From Cyanophora paradoxa CCMP329 (lineage: Eukaryota; Plantae; Glaucophyta): 64,000 bases of DNA. A model generated the notes under the pieces. That model saw only the letters and a program-made list of their open reading frames with translations, had not been told where the DNA came from and made no database searches. The first letter of the stretch is position 1. Each line of letters begins with the position of its first letter. The translations under genes and the position numbers were made by a program. Positions 1 to 13,041 of this stretch are shown piece after piece. Location: assembly GCA_004431415.1 (NCBI GenBank), contig QPMI01000180.1, positions 126,476-190,475 on the forward strand. The letters are read 5' to 3'.

Positions 1-1972
1 GCAGCGCCTCCACCGCCTCCCGCACGCCCCGGCCCCCGCCGCCCCCAGCCCCCCGCCTCGCCATCCTCTTCGTCGTCGTCGCCCTCCTCCTCCTTGGCCG
101 CCCCCTGCGCGCCCGCCTTCAGCGGCGGCCGGCGGCCGGCGAGGCCAAGGGAGGGCAGCACCGTGGCGGGGCCCCGGGTTGCGGCGCGGGCGACGGCGCG
201 GGTGGCGGCGGCACGCAGGAGCCGGATGACCGCGGGCGGAGGGCGGTGGCGCCGGGGCGCGCGGCGGCGGCAGCGGCTGCGGCGGCAGCGGGAGGGCGCG
301 GAGGGCGGCCCAGTCGCGCAGCTCCTCGAGGGCCTTCACCACCCCCGCGTACGCCGCTGCCGCCCCGTGAGGCGAGCCGTACAAGGCGGGGCCCAGGGAA
401 GGCCGGGCGGGCGGGCGGGGCGCACCGGCGGCGAGGTGCGGGCGGGCGGCGGCGAGGGAGGCGGCGTGGGAGAGGGCGGCGCCGCGGGAGCGGGGGGACT
501 GGGCGAGCCCCCAGAAGTAGCCGGTCACCTGCGCCCCGGCGCCCGCTGAGCGGCGGGGCGGGGCGAGACGAGGCGGGCGGGAGGGGCCGCACCAGGTCTT
601 CAAAGGTCGGGAGGAGCTCGGGGTCGACCTCAGCGCGCCCCATCCCCGCCGCCGCCTCGCGCGCCGCCTCCCGCCACCCGCCCCGCCGCCCGCCGCCGCC
701 CTGCACCCGCCCTCGGCCGCCTGCAGGGGGAAGGCGGGCGGGGCGGGCGGGCGGGGCGCACGAGACGGCGGCGCGGAGGGTGTGGGGCCGGAAGGAGCCG
801 AGGATGCCGGCGCGGCGCATCTCGCCGAGCTTCTCCAGCGCCCCCGGCACGTCCCCGTCCCGCACGTGCCGCGCGATCCCCGCGTTGAAGTACTGCCCGC
901 CCCCGTCGGCCGGCGCGGCGGGCGGGCGGAGGCGGGCGGCGGGGGCGGGGCGGACGGCGTGGCTGTGGCGGGCCCCGCGCAGATCCCCGCCAGCGTCCGC
1001 AGCAGGTCCCGCTGCACCTCGGCTCGTCCCGAGGCGGAGGGGGCGGGGCGGCGGGGCGGCGGGCGCACGCGGCGGCAGCGGAAGGCGCAGTCGATGGCCT
1101 CGAGGAGGAGCTCGTCGGCCGGGCGCCCCTCCTGCGCCGGAGTGAGCGCGCGAGGCGGAGGCGGCGGGAGGGGCGGGGCGGGGCGGGCGGGGGCGCCTCG
1201 TAGAAGACGGCGAGGACGGCGAGGCGGCCTGCGGGTTGCTCGCGGCGAGGAAGCGCCGCGTGATCGCCGCGTACGTCCCCGGCAGCACCGCGACGCGGCA
1301 CAGCCCCGCCGGCGCCTCCCGCACCCGCCGCACCAGCTCCCACGCCGCCCGCCCCGCCGCGTCCATCGCCCCGTCCAGCGCAGCCGCCCCGGCGCCCCGC
1401 CCCGGCCCGGGCGCCAGCTCGGCGGGGAAGAGCTCGTGCTGCTCGGCCCGCCGCGCCGACGCGTCCGCCCGCCGCAGCACGAACGCCACCGCCTCGTGCA
1501 GCAGCGCACCTGCCGCCCGCCCGCCCGCCCCGTCGGCGCCCGCCCCGCGGCCGCCCGGGCGCTGCGCCGGCGCGTGCGCACCGCTGGGGCGGTAGGCGGA
1601 GCGGGAGAGGATGAGGTCGAAGGCGGCGTCGAAGGAGGCGCCGTCCTGCTCCTTGATCGCCGCCAGGAGGAGCTTGTGCGCGACCGCCTCGATCGACTCG
1701 GCGTGCTTGAACTGGGCGATTCGCGCGAGCGCCGGCCCGACCCGCCGCGCCTCCAGCTCGTGCTGCACGTAGCGGATGTCCAGCCTGTCCGAGTTGCGCG
1801 GCACCACGACGCCATCCTTCGCGAGCCTGCTCGCAGCGGTCCCGGCCGAAGCGCGAGACGGACCGTCGCCGCCCAGCGCCGCGCTCGCTGCGCCGCGCGT
1901 GCCGCCGAACGCTGTGCTGACCGTCCTGCAGAGCACACCGCGCGCGCGGGCGAGGCGCCAGGCGGCCAGCAT
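1..1972 (-). CDS. PPR-like, probably mitochondrion-targeted protein (multi-exon; 3' end probably runs off the window start)
   Basis: ATG at 1972 gives an Arg/Ala-rich, acid-free N-terminus (MLAAWRLARARGVLCRTVSTAF). Helical repeats include YFNAGIARHVRDGDVPGALEKLGEMRRAGI, which resembles the PPR consensus. Confidence 0.55.
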
Positions 1973-2363
1973 CGACCCGACCGGACGCTGCAACTGGCTG
2001 GATTGGTCGCGGCGGTGCGGTTCCGGCTAATCAACAGCTCGGTGCCTACAACCGAGCAGGGCGCAGCAAGCTCATGGAGATCATCGCCGTCGGGGTATCG
2101 AATAATTGGGCGCCGGCTGGCTAGCGCTCGGCATGCGCATTCGCCGGAGCGGCGATGTCTGCAGCTGCAAGCGCATCGCGATCGGTTAGGGCGATCGCTC
2201 GCAAGCGTTCAGGCCCCGGCGCGCTAGCCCGCGAAGGCAAGCGCTGGCTAGCGCCCGTCGCTTTCGCGGCGCAGTGCACATGGTGGCGCCGGCAATTCTG
2301 ATTCCCAGAACAACACGGATTTACTTGGGCCGGCACGGCGGCCGGCGCCGGGGAGGGGCGCGC

Positions 2364-3996
2364 TCAGTCGGCGGGGGAGGACCGGTAGGCGAACTCGTCG
2401 TAGGGGCGGCGGGTGTCCAGCCCCTCGCAGCGCAGGTCTGCGGCCCGCGCGCGTTGAGACGTGCCTGCCGCGGCCCGCAGGAAGACGAAGGGCGCGCGCA
2501 CCGTGGGCCTGCAGCGCGTGCTGCACCTCGGCGTCCGCCTCCCACGCCCCTGCGCCCGCGCCGCGCCCACGCCACGGTCGGGCGAGGACCCTCGAGCTCG
2601 CGCGGGCCGGCCGGGGCGGCGGACGACCGAGGCTCCGCCGGGAGACTCACGGGTGCGGCGGCCTCTAGACGCGAGTCGGCGCACCGGGCCCGCCCGAGGC
2701 GCCCTTCGCCGCCGTCGTCTGGCCTGTGCGGGTGTCGGTTGTGCGGAGCCTGGAGGGGCGCGGGGGCGCACCGTAGCCGCCCTGGGGCTGCGCGCTCGAC
2801 GCCCACCCTGCGCGAGGCGGCGTGGGAGGGCGCCGCGGCGATTCACCGTCGGGCGCGGCAGGCGGGGCGCATGCGCACCTCCCGTCTGCTGGGGCGGGTA
2901 GGGTGACGGGGCCATCTGGGGCGGGTACGGGCCGGACGCCGGCGGGTACGAGGCGGTTGTGGGCGGGTAGGAGGCCGGGGCCGGGAGCTGCGGCTGCGTG
3001 TACCCAGGTGCAGCCGTGCTGTACGAGGTGCTCGTCGTCGTGGTCTTGTACCCCGCTGTGGCCGTGGCAGGCAAGCAGGCTCAGAGGCGCAGAGGGGCCG
3101 GCGCCGACGCAGGGTGGGCAGCTCGAGGCGGACCCGGGCCGGTGGTGACAGTCTGCCGCCGGCCGAGGACGCACTAAGGGACGCGAAGAGGGCGGGCGCA
3201 GGGGGCGGCGCACGGTGGGACCGTAGTACTCCATGTAGCGGGGCGCCGGCCCGCCCTGGTCGCGCAGGACGGCGTACGTGGGCGGGCCCGCCATGACGGG
3301 CACCCGCTGGCGCGCCGCGCTGTCGACCTCGTGCTCCCGGTACATCTCCGACCCGCCCTTCGCCCCTGCCCACGGCGCGTCGGTGAGCGCACTGCGAAAG
3401 GCGTGACCGGCACCCGCGCACCGATGGCGAGGCCGGCGACAGCGCCCGTGATGGTGCCCACCGCTGCTCCGAGCGTCCCCGCCGCGCTGCGCGGCCGAAG
3501 CGCGCAGCCGATGTCAAGAGAAGGCTTCGGGGGGAGGGCGCGCATGCGCGCGCGCGAGCGCGAGCAATTCGCAAGAATGCCCGACGTGAAGAGGACCTCA
3601 AACAAGCTGCATTCGCGCTCCGAGACCGCGCGCGGGCAACGGAAGCGCTCGGCGGCGCCAAAATCGGACACGCACAAGGCGCCGAGCTTGCTGTGGTGCT
3701 GCTTCTTCGGATGCGCAGTCGGCTCGTACGTGTACGGAGTCGCCACGGTCGTCGCCGGCGCCACGGTCGTTGTTGCAACCGGCGCCCCGCTCCGCAGATA
3801 CAAAGGCGTCTCCCGAACGTACGTGCCCTGTTCGAAGGAGATTGGATCGGTGCTCTAGGGCAGCGATCTCGCGCGCCGCACCTTCGCTTGCGGAGCGCCG
3901 GCGCCAAACGTCTCCGTCGTCGTCGTGCGAGAGTACTGGCTCTGCGACGTCTATTAGCGCGCTCCGACGCGGGGAGCGTGGGCAGCGCGCCTGCAT
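2364..3996 (-). CDS. Hypothetical Pro/Tyr/Thr-rich protein with a glycine-zipper-like hydrophobic segment (multi-exon)
   Basis: Coding-like exons ATTTVAPATTVATPYTYEP, GTLGAAVGTITGAVAGLAIG, YREHEVDSAARQRVPV and ASYPPASGPYPPQMAP, ending EFAYRSSPAD*. Probable start is ATGCAG followed by a GC-AG intron. Confidence 0.5.
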
Positions 3997-4117
3997 CGTG
4001 TTTGCGGCGGGGTCCCGGGTTCGATCGGGAGGGGTAGGTGGAATCTGATCCGGGGTAGGCGAACTAAGCTTACAGTTGCTCTGCCACCTTGCAGGCTTCT
4101 CACAAATCTCTCGAAGA

Positions 4118-5719
4118 ATGACGTGCGTACCGCCGATTGGAAGCTCGGTACGTACGCGCCGTTCGCCGGAAAATGCCGCTGCGTTCGTCTCACATGCTCT
4201 CGCGTGCAGGTCTGGGACTCGCACTGGAGTCGATCTAACTACAGACCGTGGGGCGGTTCGCGCGCTCGCGCAACCTGAGCGGCCGCCGCGCCGCGCGTCG
4301 CGCGCTGTTCCATGTCGCGCCTCGGCCCTCCACGCGCGCGCAGCGAGAGACTGGACCCGCACGCACGGCCAGGGCATCGACAACAGGCTCCCGGAGCGGC
4401 CGCTGGACAGGGTTATAGTGCCGGGCCACAGTGCGTGCTTGAGATTCTCGGCTGCGGATATGTGCCCTCTAGTTCTCGAGCTCGCCGACGTTGCAGTTTG
4501 CTCACGCACACGCTCGCGCAGCGACGACGCTCTCCGCGGGAGGCCCGCAGCTCGCGCAGCAGCCGTACGGCGTCGCGGGCGCCGGCGGCTATTCTTACGG
4601 CTACGCGCCCCGGCCCGCGACGGCGCCGATGCATATGCATCTGTACAGCGCGCCGCTGTACAGCAGCAGCAGCGCGCCTCTGTACAGCAGCGGCGCGCCG
4701 CTTCGTGCGCGGTCTCCCTGCCCCGCCCGAGTGTTCTGGGTTCCTCCTCACGGCGCGCGCGCCGCAGCCGTCGGCTACGGCGGCGCTCCGTACGCGTACA
4801 CGGGTCCGGGAGCGAGCTCTGGTACGTACACGTACACGTACGGCCGGGGCGCGCCGCTGCAGCAGGGCGCGCCGCTGCAGCAGGGCGCGCCGCTGCAGCA
4901 GGGCGCGTCGTTCACCGTCACGGCCCCCCCGGGTGCCGCGCTGCCCTTCCCCGTGCCGAGCGCCGGCAGCCGGCAGTCTCTCGGCGCGCGCTGAACGGGG
5001 CCTGCAGGTCCCTCGGGTCCGGCCGGCGTCTCCGGCGCCGGGCCGGCGGGGGAAGGCCCGCCGCGTTCGGGCGTGCGGCGCGCCCTCTTCTCCGGCGGCC
5101 CGCGCGGCGGCCCGCGCAGCGGCCGCCCGCCCCGCCGGCGCCGCAGCAGCGCGCCGGCCCGGAGCCGATGGGCGGGCCCGGGCAGAGCCCGATGGTGCGC
5201 CGGCCGCGCCGCGGCCCGCGTCCCCGCCGGACCGACTGGCCGCGCCTCCGCAGGGGCCGCGCCGCCGCCGCCGCCGGGGCGCTCGCGGCTCGGGGGCTAC
5301 GCGCTGCAGTTCGAGAGCCCGCCGCAGGAGTCGCCCCCGCAGATGCGCTCCCGCTACGCCGACGCCTACGCCTACGGTGCGCGCCCTCGAGCCCAGCCGC
5401 GCCCGCTCGACCCTGCCGCCCCTGAGGCTCGGACGCAGGGCCGGACCCGGGCTCTCCGTCGGGCCCGGAGCAGTGGACGACGGGGCAGGCCTACCGCGGG
5501 CCCCCCGCCCTCTACCGCGCCACGGCCGCCGGCGACGCCTCCTACCAGCCCCGCGTGCGCCTCGTTCTCGCTGCTCTCCTGCGCCGGGCGAGGGCGAGGA
5601 CAAGGGCGGGGGCGCAGGGGGCGGAGGCCTGGCACCGGGCGCAGGCGCAGGCGCAGCCGGCCACCGAGGGGGCGCCCTTCTCGCGCCCCGTCCGCGGCGG
5701 CGGCGACATCCCCGCCTGA
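4118..5719 (+). CDS. Hypothetical low-complexity Tyr/Gly/Pro-rich protein (multi-exon)
   Basis: Spliced reconstruction MTSGTRTGVDLTTDPRDWTRTHGQGIDNRLPERPLDRVIVPGH...YGVAGAGGYSYGYAP...GGYALQFESPPQESPPQMRSRYADAYAYG...GGGDIPA*. An AT-rich patch at about 5790 separates it from the convergent gene. Confidence 0.45.
4847..4907 (+). repeat. 18-bp coding tandem repeat (GAPLQQ x3)
   Basis: GGCGCGCCGCTGCAGCAG occurs three times in tandem. Confidence 0.8.
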
Positions 5720-5809
5720 GGGCCTCCTCCGGCGGTCCCCAAGCGACCCCCGCGGCCGCCCCGCCCCGCGTCTGGCGACCGTCGGACTGTACATATATAT
5801 TTCACTGGG

Positions 5810-7654
5810 TCACTGGGGGTGCCGAGGCGCGGGGTCGGGGGGGAGGGCAGAGGAGGACGGCGGGGGCAGGGCGCGGCGGAGGGCGGGGGCGGCGAGGCCG
5901 GCGGGTCCCGCAGGGCGACGCGGCGGAGGCCGGGCGGCGGCGGCGGCGCGGGCGAGGGAGCCGGCGGCGTGCGGGGAGAAGCCCGGCCCTCGGCCGCCAG
6001 CCGCAGCTCCTCCAGCAGGGGTACCGCAGCAGCGCCGAAAAGTCGGCGGGGGCCGGCGGGGCGGGGCGGCGGGGCCGGCGGGGCGAGCGAGAAGGGTTGG
6101 GCTGCGGTGCGGGGCCCGGCGCCGGGCGGGCGGGGCGTGGGCAGGGCGAGGAGGTGGAGCTCGAGGGAACGCAGGCCCGGGGCGGCCGGCAGGAGCGGGA
6201 GGGCGGCCGGGGCAGCAGCAGGCGGGGCCCGAGGGCGAGGGCCCGCAACCGCCCAAGGCGCCCCAGGGCCGCCACGTGGGCGGGGCGCGCGGCGAGCGGC
6301 GCCGAGGCGAGCCGCGCGGGGGCGCGCAGCGTGAGGGAGGCGAGGGAGGGCAGGCCCCCCGCCGCCGCGAAGTACCGCCCGTCCGCCTTCGAGGGGGAAC
6401 CGGTCGGGGTGGGCGGGCGTGGGTCCGGAAGCTAAAGCGGAAGGGGGCACCTCGGCGTAGGGGGCGGGCCCGTCGAGGGCGGGGGCGGGGAGGGCGAGGG
6501 CGAGGCTCTCGAGGCGCGGCGCCGCCCGGCAGAGCGCCTGCCCACCGACTCTCAGCCTCGAGCCTCGAGCTGGACGCGCGCGGAGCGGGGCGGGGCGGGC
6601 AAACGTGAGCGCACGGCGAAGGCGTCGGGGGCGAGGGGGTGGTCGGAGAGGTCGAGGTGCGCGAGCTGCGCCAGGGAGGCCCCCGCTGCGAGCTCCACGT
6701 CCTCCCACCCCACCTGCCCCCGCGCGCCCCGCCCCCAGTTAGCTATATATGGTTTATCAACGAACGCGCTAGCGCAAGCGATATCGATGTCAGCCTGCTA
6801 AGATCTAGACTTTAGAATATCAGCCGCTCAATTGCAAGACCTAGCTATAGAGGGCTTGGGCGGAGCCACCTGGCAGCGGAAGGCGAGGCGAGCGAGGGCG
6901 GCCTGCAGCCCCATGAACTCCCGCACCCGCTCCCGCATCCCCTCCAGCTCCGCGCCCTCCCCACCATTCTCCCCTGCGCAAAAGGCGTCGACTTCTGCGT
7001 ACAATCGCCGCGGCGCGACTGACTGCAGGCTTAAGGCTGTAATTGCAGGGCCACGGGCAAGCTTTAAGCCTTGAGCTTGGAGCGATTATGAGCGGCTCCC
7101 GACTCCCCGGGCCCGGATCGGAGTCCAAGCCCGGCCCGCTAGCGCACCGGGATTGATGACGCAGCGAAATGAGAGGTGGTGGAGCGGGGGCACGGCGCAG
7201 AGGGCAGCGATTCCACGCTCGCTCAGCCCCGAGCGCGCGCCACACGCCCCATCCATGATGCACTCGATTTCCAGATCGAGGGAACGTGCCCCAGCTGCGC
7301 ATCGCGCCAACCGCAACAGCCGCCGATCGTTCAAGCGCCGCCTGCACTCTGCTTAGCGCTAGCGAATTCGACTGGTTTCTTTTGAGCTAGCTATAGATGT
7401 ATGGAATCGACGCACGACCAGCCCTGCGCATGCGCGAAAGAAGTTTTTTGCAGGCACCGCGAAATTCGCAGGGCCGGGCCTCATGATCATGATCAAGCTC
7501 GCACCTCGGGAAGGGAGACGTGGGCCCATTGGAGGCGCTGGACGAGGTTGCGGAAGCGGCGGCAGACGGCTGGGAGATCGCCATCAACCTGCGGGAGCGG
7601 CAGAAGGAGGAAGACGCTCTGCAGAATCTCGTCCGGCAACGAGTCGATTGTCAT
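5810..7654 (-). CDS. F-box/LRR protein whose N-terminus is missing from the ORF track (3' end approximate)
   Basis: Exon 7654-7505 translates to MTIDSLPDEILQSVFLLLPLPQVDGDLPAVCRRFRNLVQRLQW, a canonical F-box. Downstream exons give LRR-like LSERGIAALCAVPPLHHLSF, LAQLAHLDLSDHPL, APRLESLALAL, PGLRSLELHL and PLLEELRLA. Confidence 0.7.
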
Positions 7655-7968
7655 CGCCGCGCGCGTCGAAACAGCGCAGCCCAGGCCTGGCAGCCCAATG
7701 CAACTGCAGTGTACTACTGCAGTACTAGTCCCCCCCTCCCCCCCTCCTCCTCCCTAGCTATAGGCCTCAAGCTCCCCTACTAGGCTAGGCCTCTTCCTCC
7801 GTGCACGATGATCACGTGCACGGCCCGGCCCGGCGCATGCCGGAATCTCCTCGCGATCGATCCCCTCCGAGGCTCTAACGAATTCGAATTCGCGAATTCC
7901 CCTGCGAGCAGGCTGCCACTTCCCAGTTCGCCAACCGTTGAACACAACAGTTGAACGGCGGCCTATAG

Positions 7969-9409
7969 CTAGGGGAGGGACTCGAGACGGACGGGGACGC
8001 CGCGGGCGCGGAGGGCGGCGGCCGCCGCCTCGCGCTCCTCGAGGGTCAAACCGCCCCACGCCGCCCGCTCCCGCCACGCCAGCGAGCAGCCGGCGGGCGG
8101 GTGCAGGCCCCACACCAGCGGCGAGGGCGCCCGCAGGAGGGCCAGGGAGCGGAGGGTGCGGGGCAGGGCGGCAAGGACGGGGCTCGCGGCGAGGCTGGAG
8201 CCGCAGTCGAGGGTGAGGGCGGAGAGGCGCGGGGCGGCGCGGAGGGCGTCGGCAAGGCGCGTGGCGACGGCGGCGGAGGTGAGGGGCTGGAGCAGCGCGA
8301 GCCGCTCGAGGCCCGGGGCGTTGGCGGCGACGAGCGCCGCCGCCCAGAGGTCCGCCTCGGAGGCGCGGGGCCCCTCCCGCAGCGCCTGCACGTCCAGCGC
8401 CCGCAGAGACGGGAGCAGGGGCCGCGGCGAGGCGGCATCGGGGGCGGCCAGGCCCGAGAGGCGGAGGGTGAGGGCGCGGAGGCCCGGGAGGGCGGCGAGG
8501 GGCGCGAGGCGCGAGGCGGCGAGGGGCAGGCGGTGGCGGAGGGTGAGCGAGGCGAGGCCGGCGGCGGCGGCCGGCTCGGCGGCGAGGGGCGCCAGGTCGA
8601 GGGCCCGCAGGACGGAGCCGTCCGAGCCGGCGCCGAAGGCGACCTGCAGGCCCCCGGCCCCGAAGAGCGCGTTCCGCCCGCTCCAGCAGTCCTCCAGCTC
8701 GAGGGACCACTCCCGCGCGGCGCCGGCCTCGCCGAAGACGCCGGCCCAGGAGGGCACGAAGCAGCGCTCGAGGCGGAGGGCCGCCAGGCGGGGGCACGCC
8801 CCGCCACGAGGGCGAGGGCCGGCCCCACGGCGAGCTCGAGGCCGGGGCTGCCCCCGAGCCGCACCCGCAGCTCCCGCAGGCCGCGCAGCCCCGCGGCGGC
8901 CCGCACCTCGTCGAGCACGCGCTCGGCGGCGGCGGCCGGCGGCCCCGGGTCGGGCTGCAGCCGCAGGTCCAGCACCTCCAGCAGCGCCGGCCGCGGCAGC
9001 GCCGCCAGGACGCGCGCCACCGTCCCGCTCCCGCCCATCATCTCCAGGTGCCGCAGCCGCACGAACCACTCCGCCTCCTCTGCGGTGACCGTCAGCGGCC
9101 GGCCCGCGCGCGACCGCGCGATGGCGAACGAGCGCGGCGCCCACCGTTGAGCAGGCGGAGGAGGAAGTAGTCGTCCGAGTCGTACGTCACGCGAGAGCAG
9201 AAGGAGAGCGGCCCGCCCGCGCCGTCGATCAGGGCACGGGTGCGCCGGCAGGCCGCGCGGAGAGCGCAGACGACCCGCAGGCCCGCCATCGACGGGGAAG
9301 CGTGCGCGACGCGCTCGATCACGCCCTCGAGCAGCTCGTCGGGCAGCTGGAGCAGCTGCGCCGCCGCGACGGCCTCCGTGTCCCCGCTCGCCCTGGGCGG
9401 CGGCTCCAT
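7969..9409 (-). CDS. F-box/LRR protein with an apparent 1-nt frameshift near 8800
   Basis: F-box LLQLPDELLEGVIERV...LRAACRRTRALI and LRRs RLRHLEM, LLEVLDLRL, CPRLAALRLERC, LRALDL, PGLERLAL. There is a GT-AG intron at about 9147-9080, and the frame changes inside a G-run. Confidence 0.75.
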
Positions 9410-9865
9410 CGCACGCCCGACGCCGCGCTGCCTTGTGCGAGAGACTAGGCCGCTGGGCGCTACGCTGCGGGCGCTAGGGCGCTTCGAATTCACCTGAGAT
9501 TCGCTGAGAACGAAGAGGGGGTATAGATTCAGTAGAGCGCCAGCGGCCGGCAGCGGCGATCCGAGTCGAGCGAGAGACGAGATCGTGAGAATCTTCGTCC
9601 TTGAGCGCCGTGCGTGCGGCGCGAGGGCGTTCGCGGTGCGCTCTAGCCGCGCGCGCCCGCCGGAGCTGATTCGAATGCGCGCCGCAGATCTTCGGAAGCT
9701 AAGGAATTGAAGGACGCGGCGCCGCACGACGCGTGCCAGCGGCGGCGACGGAGCAGCGCAGCGTTCGTTTTTCGAGCGCGTCCGGAGACCGAGAACGGCA
9801 GCGGAAGTTGCAGCGGAGCTCAGGCTGCGTCGGTAGCTTAGCTCAATCGCACGGAGCGGCGCAGC

Positions 9866-12600
9866 ATGCTGCAGGTGGACGATGAAGAGATCCGGCGCTG
9901 CATGGACCTGCTGGCGTCGACCGCGGGGGGGCCGGCGCAAGAAATTCACTGCGTCGTGGCGGCCAACAGGCTCTGGAAGATCTCCTGCGAGTCGGGTGCG
10001 CGGCGCCGCTCCCGCCGGACGAGGCGGCGCGCCGAGGGCGGGGCGCAGCGTTCTGGGCGGAGCGGATCGGCGTGCTGGGGGCGCTGAGGTGCCTTGTGGA
10101 GCTCGCCGCGCAGACGCGCTCCGTGCTCGCGGTCGGCGAGGTCCTTGGCTGCATCTGGTGCCCCCGCGCGCCCCCCCTCGCCCCCTAGACCTCCGGATCC
10201 CCGCCTGCGCGCGCGCCGGGCGCCGAGGGGCATGGCGGCCGGGCAGGAACTGCAGCGCGTACACGCGGAACAAGCCGCTGCTGGTGGAGCTCGGCATCGT
10301 CGCCGTACTCCCGCAGCTCCTCGCCCGCTTCCCCGCCGAGGCCCGCCCCGCCCCTTCTATGCCGCCCCGCCCCGGCCTACGGGGCCCACACCGCGCGCGC
10401 GATGCAGGCGCGGGTGGAGGAGTGCGTGTCGGCGATCCTGCAGAACGTATCCGAGTCGCGCTTCCGCACCGGCGAGCGCAACCCGTACCAGGCCCGCCCC
10501 GCCCCCGCCCCGCGCCCCGCGCCCCACTCTGCTCGGGGGCCGAGCGCGCTGCAGGTGCGCATCGCGGAGGAGGGCGGGCTGGCCCTCGCAGCGGCCCTCT
10601 GCTCGCCCCCGCGGGACCTCGAGACGCGGCTCCGCGCCGCCCTCACTCTCGCGAACCTCGCCATGCACCGTCCGCCCCCGCCCCGCCCGGTCCCGCACCG
10701 TCCCCGCCTCCGCTGCCCCAGACTCACTCGCGGGGGGTGCAGCGGAGAACGCGCGGGCGATGGAGCGTACGGGGGCGGCGGGGCTGGTGGAGCGGGCGGT
10801 GGAGGAGGGGCGGGAGGAGCGCCTGCGCGACTTCTTCGGATCGTGGCTCTCCCTCATGCCATTCGTGCCGCTCCTCGAGGCGCCCCTCCCCGCCGCCCGC
10901 CTCCTCGCCGCCTTCTCCCTCTCCCGCCTCGCCCTCAAGCGTCCGCACCCGCGCCCCTCCCCGCCGCGCCGCGCCCCCGCGCGGAGCTGGAGCGAGGCGG
11001 GCGGGGGGGCCGGGGCGGGGGCAGCGCGGTACCGGCGGCTGCTGTGGCGGGCGATGGCGCTGTGCAACGGGGTGGCCCCGCTGCGTGCCCTCGCCGCGGA
11101 CCCCGACGAGCGCGCGGCCACCCTCGCCAACCGCGTCCTCCTCACCCTCCGCATCCCCGGTGCCCCCCGCTCCCATCTCCCCCCCGCCCGTCGGCTGAGG
11201 CGAGGGGTCCGGGGCGGGGCAGGGCTGATGCGGGCGGGCCCGGCGCCGGAGGGGACCCTCTCGCGTGACATGCTCGCCCTCCTCCGCTCCGGCGACGTCC
11301 GCCCCCGCCCCGCCCCGCCCCGCGACCCGCTCGCCGGGTCGGGCCCGACGGGGGCCGGCGCAGGGCGCGGACGTGGTGCTGCTGGCGGGGGGGCGCTCCT
11401 TCCCCGCGCACCGCGCCATCCTCGCCGCGCGCTGCCCCGCCCTCGCCGCCCGCTTCTCCACGGGGGCCGCCATGGCCGGCGGGCCCGCCGCCGACCTCCG
11501 CTCCGACCTGTCCGCCCCGCCCGCCCCGCCCGCCCGCCTGTTCCGCGCCCCGGACCGCCCCGGACGGGGCGGGCAGGTCGGAGTCGGCGCTGGAGGCGGT
11601 GCTGGAGCACGTGTACGGGGGCGGCGCCCGCCTCGCCCCGGAGACCGCCGCCGAGGTCCTCCAGGTACCCCCCCCCCCCCCCCCCGGGCCCGGGGCCGCC
11701 TCGGGGGCGACTCGAGGCGGTGGCAGGCGGCGGACCTGCTGCAGCTGGCGGAGCTGAAGGCGGCGGCGGAGGAGTACGTGGCGGAGAGCGTGCAGGAGGA
11801 GAGCGTCTGGGGCCTCCTCGCCGCCGCCGACCTCTACTCCGCCCCACGCCTCCGCGCCGCCTGCCTCGCCTTCGCCGCCAGGTCCCCGCCCGGCCCCGCC
11901 CGCTCGGGCCCCGCTTCTTCGTCCGAAGCGGGGCAGGCACGTGGGGCGGGAGTCGCTGGAGGCGCACCTCGGCGAGCTCGACCCGCGCACCGCCGCCGAC
12001 CTCCGCGCCGTCCGCGCCCCCGCCCGCCCCGCCCGCCTCGGTCCGAGCGCGCGGGCAGGCGCGGGAGGCGGTGGAGGCGGAGGCGCGGGCCGGCGGGGCG
12101 GGGCGGGCGCGCCGGCGCGGGCGCGACCGCTGGGGCGACGACGCCGCCGAGCTCCTCGGGCCCACCCAGGTCCCCGCCCGCCCCGCCCGCCCCGTCTTCT
12201 TCTCGCAGGGCGTCGAGGCTGGCGGGGCGGGGCGTTGCAGGGTGCGGCGGGCGGCGGGGCGCTGGAGGCGCACGGGCGGGCGGCGGGGCGGGTGCTCTCG
12301 GCGCGGGAGGCGGCGCTGCTGGCGGAGCGGGAGGAGTCGGAGGAGGAGGAGCGGGGGGCCGGGAGGCGGCGGCGGGGTTCGAGGAGGAGGAGGGGGGGCG
12401 GGGCGGCGCTGGACGAGGCCTTCCACGAGGCCGCAGACGTCCTCTCCTCCCAGGGCTCCCCGGGGCCCCGGCCCCGCCCGGGCCGGGGCCCCAGGCGGGG
12501 CCCCCGGCGGCACGCCCTCCCCGGGGCCCACGGGCCGCCCGCGGCCGGCCCCGGCACCCCTCCCCGCACCACTGAGCCCCCGCCAGCCGCTGTGCTCTAG
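9866..12600 (+). CDS. Armadillo-repeat plus BTB/POZ-BACK protein (ARIA/ABAP1-like architecture)
   Basis: ARM-like NKPLLVELGIVAVLPQLL and RIAEEGGLALAAAL...AALTLANLA; BTB ADVVLLAGGRSFPAHRAILAARCPAL; BACK AADLLQLAELKAAAEEYV...AADLYSAPRLRAACLAF. Confidence 0.8.
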
Positions 12601-13041
12601 TTTGACTTCTTGGAATTCAAGGGCTTGGAGCCTGGCGGTATGTCGTCACGGTCGTGCGGCAATCATCGGATCGCGAGCGCACCGAGCGGCTAGCTAGCGT
12701 CACAGTTGCATGCATATGCGGCGGCGCGGCCGCGGGCGCTCCGGGCATGCGCGCGAGCTCGAGCTGCCGCGCGCGGCCGCAGTGCGCATGCGGCCGCGGG
12801 CCCGGGGCGGCGCGCGGCCGCTTTCCGAGTTCGAACCTAGGCCCAGGCCTGGGCCCCGAATGGCTCAGTGCGTTAGGATGCCAGGATGCGTGCGAGCCGC
12901 GCAGTGGTGCAGCAGCTGAGCGTTCGCCTATAGCGCACCAGGGGGGTATTCCGAACCTGACTTGCGGCTTGCCCTGCAGTTGCCAGGCTGCGACAGCTGT
13001 GCAGCTTTCGCTCATGCTCGCAACCTGCCCGTGATCAACGC

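Noticed and set aside
4312-6435. 707-aa plus-strand ORF as one gene
   Set aside because: Its 3' part is antisense to LRR exons of the minus-strand F-box gene. The plus-strand gene more plausibly ends at 5719.
7520-7783. Plausible-looking helical plus-strand ORF (GPLEALDEVAEAAADGWE...)
   Set aside because: It is the antisense of a clear F-box exon.
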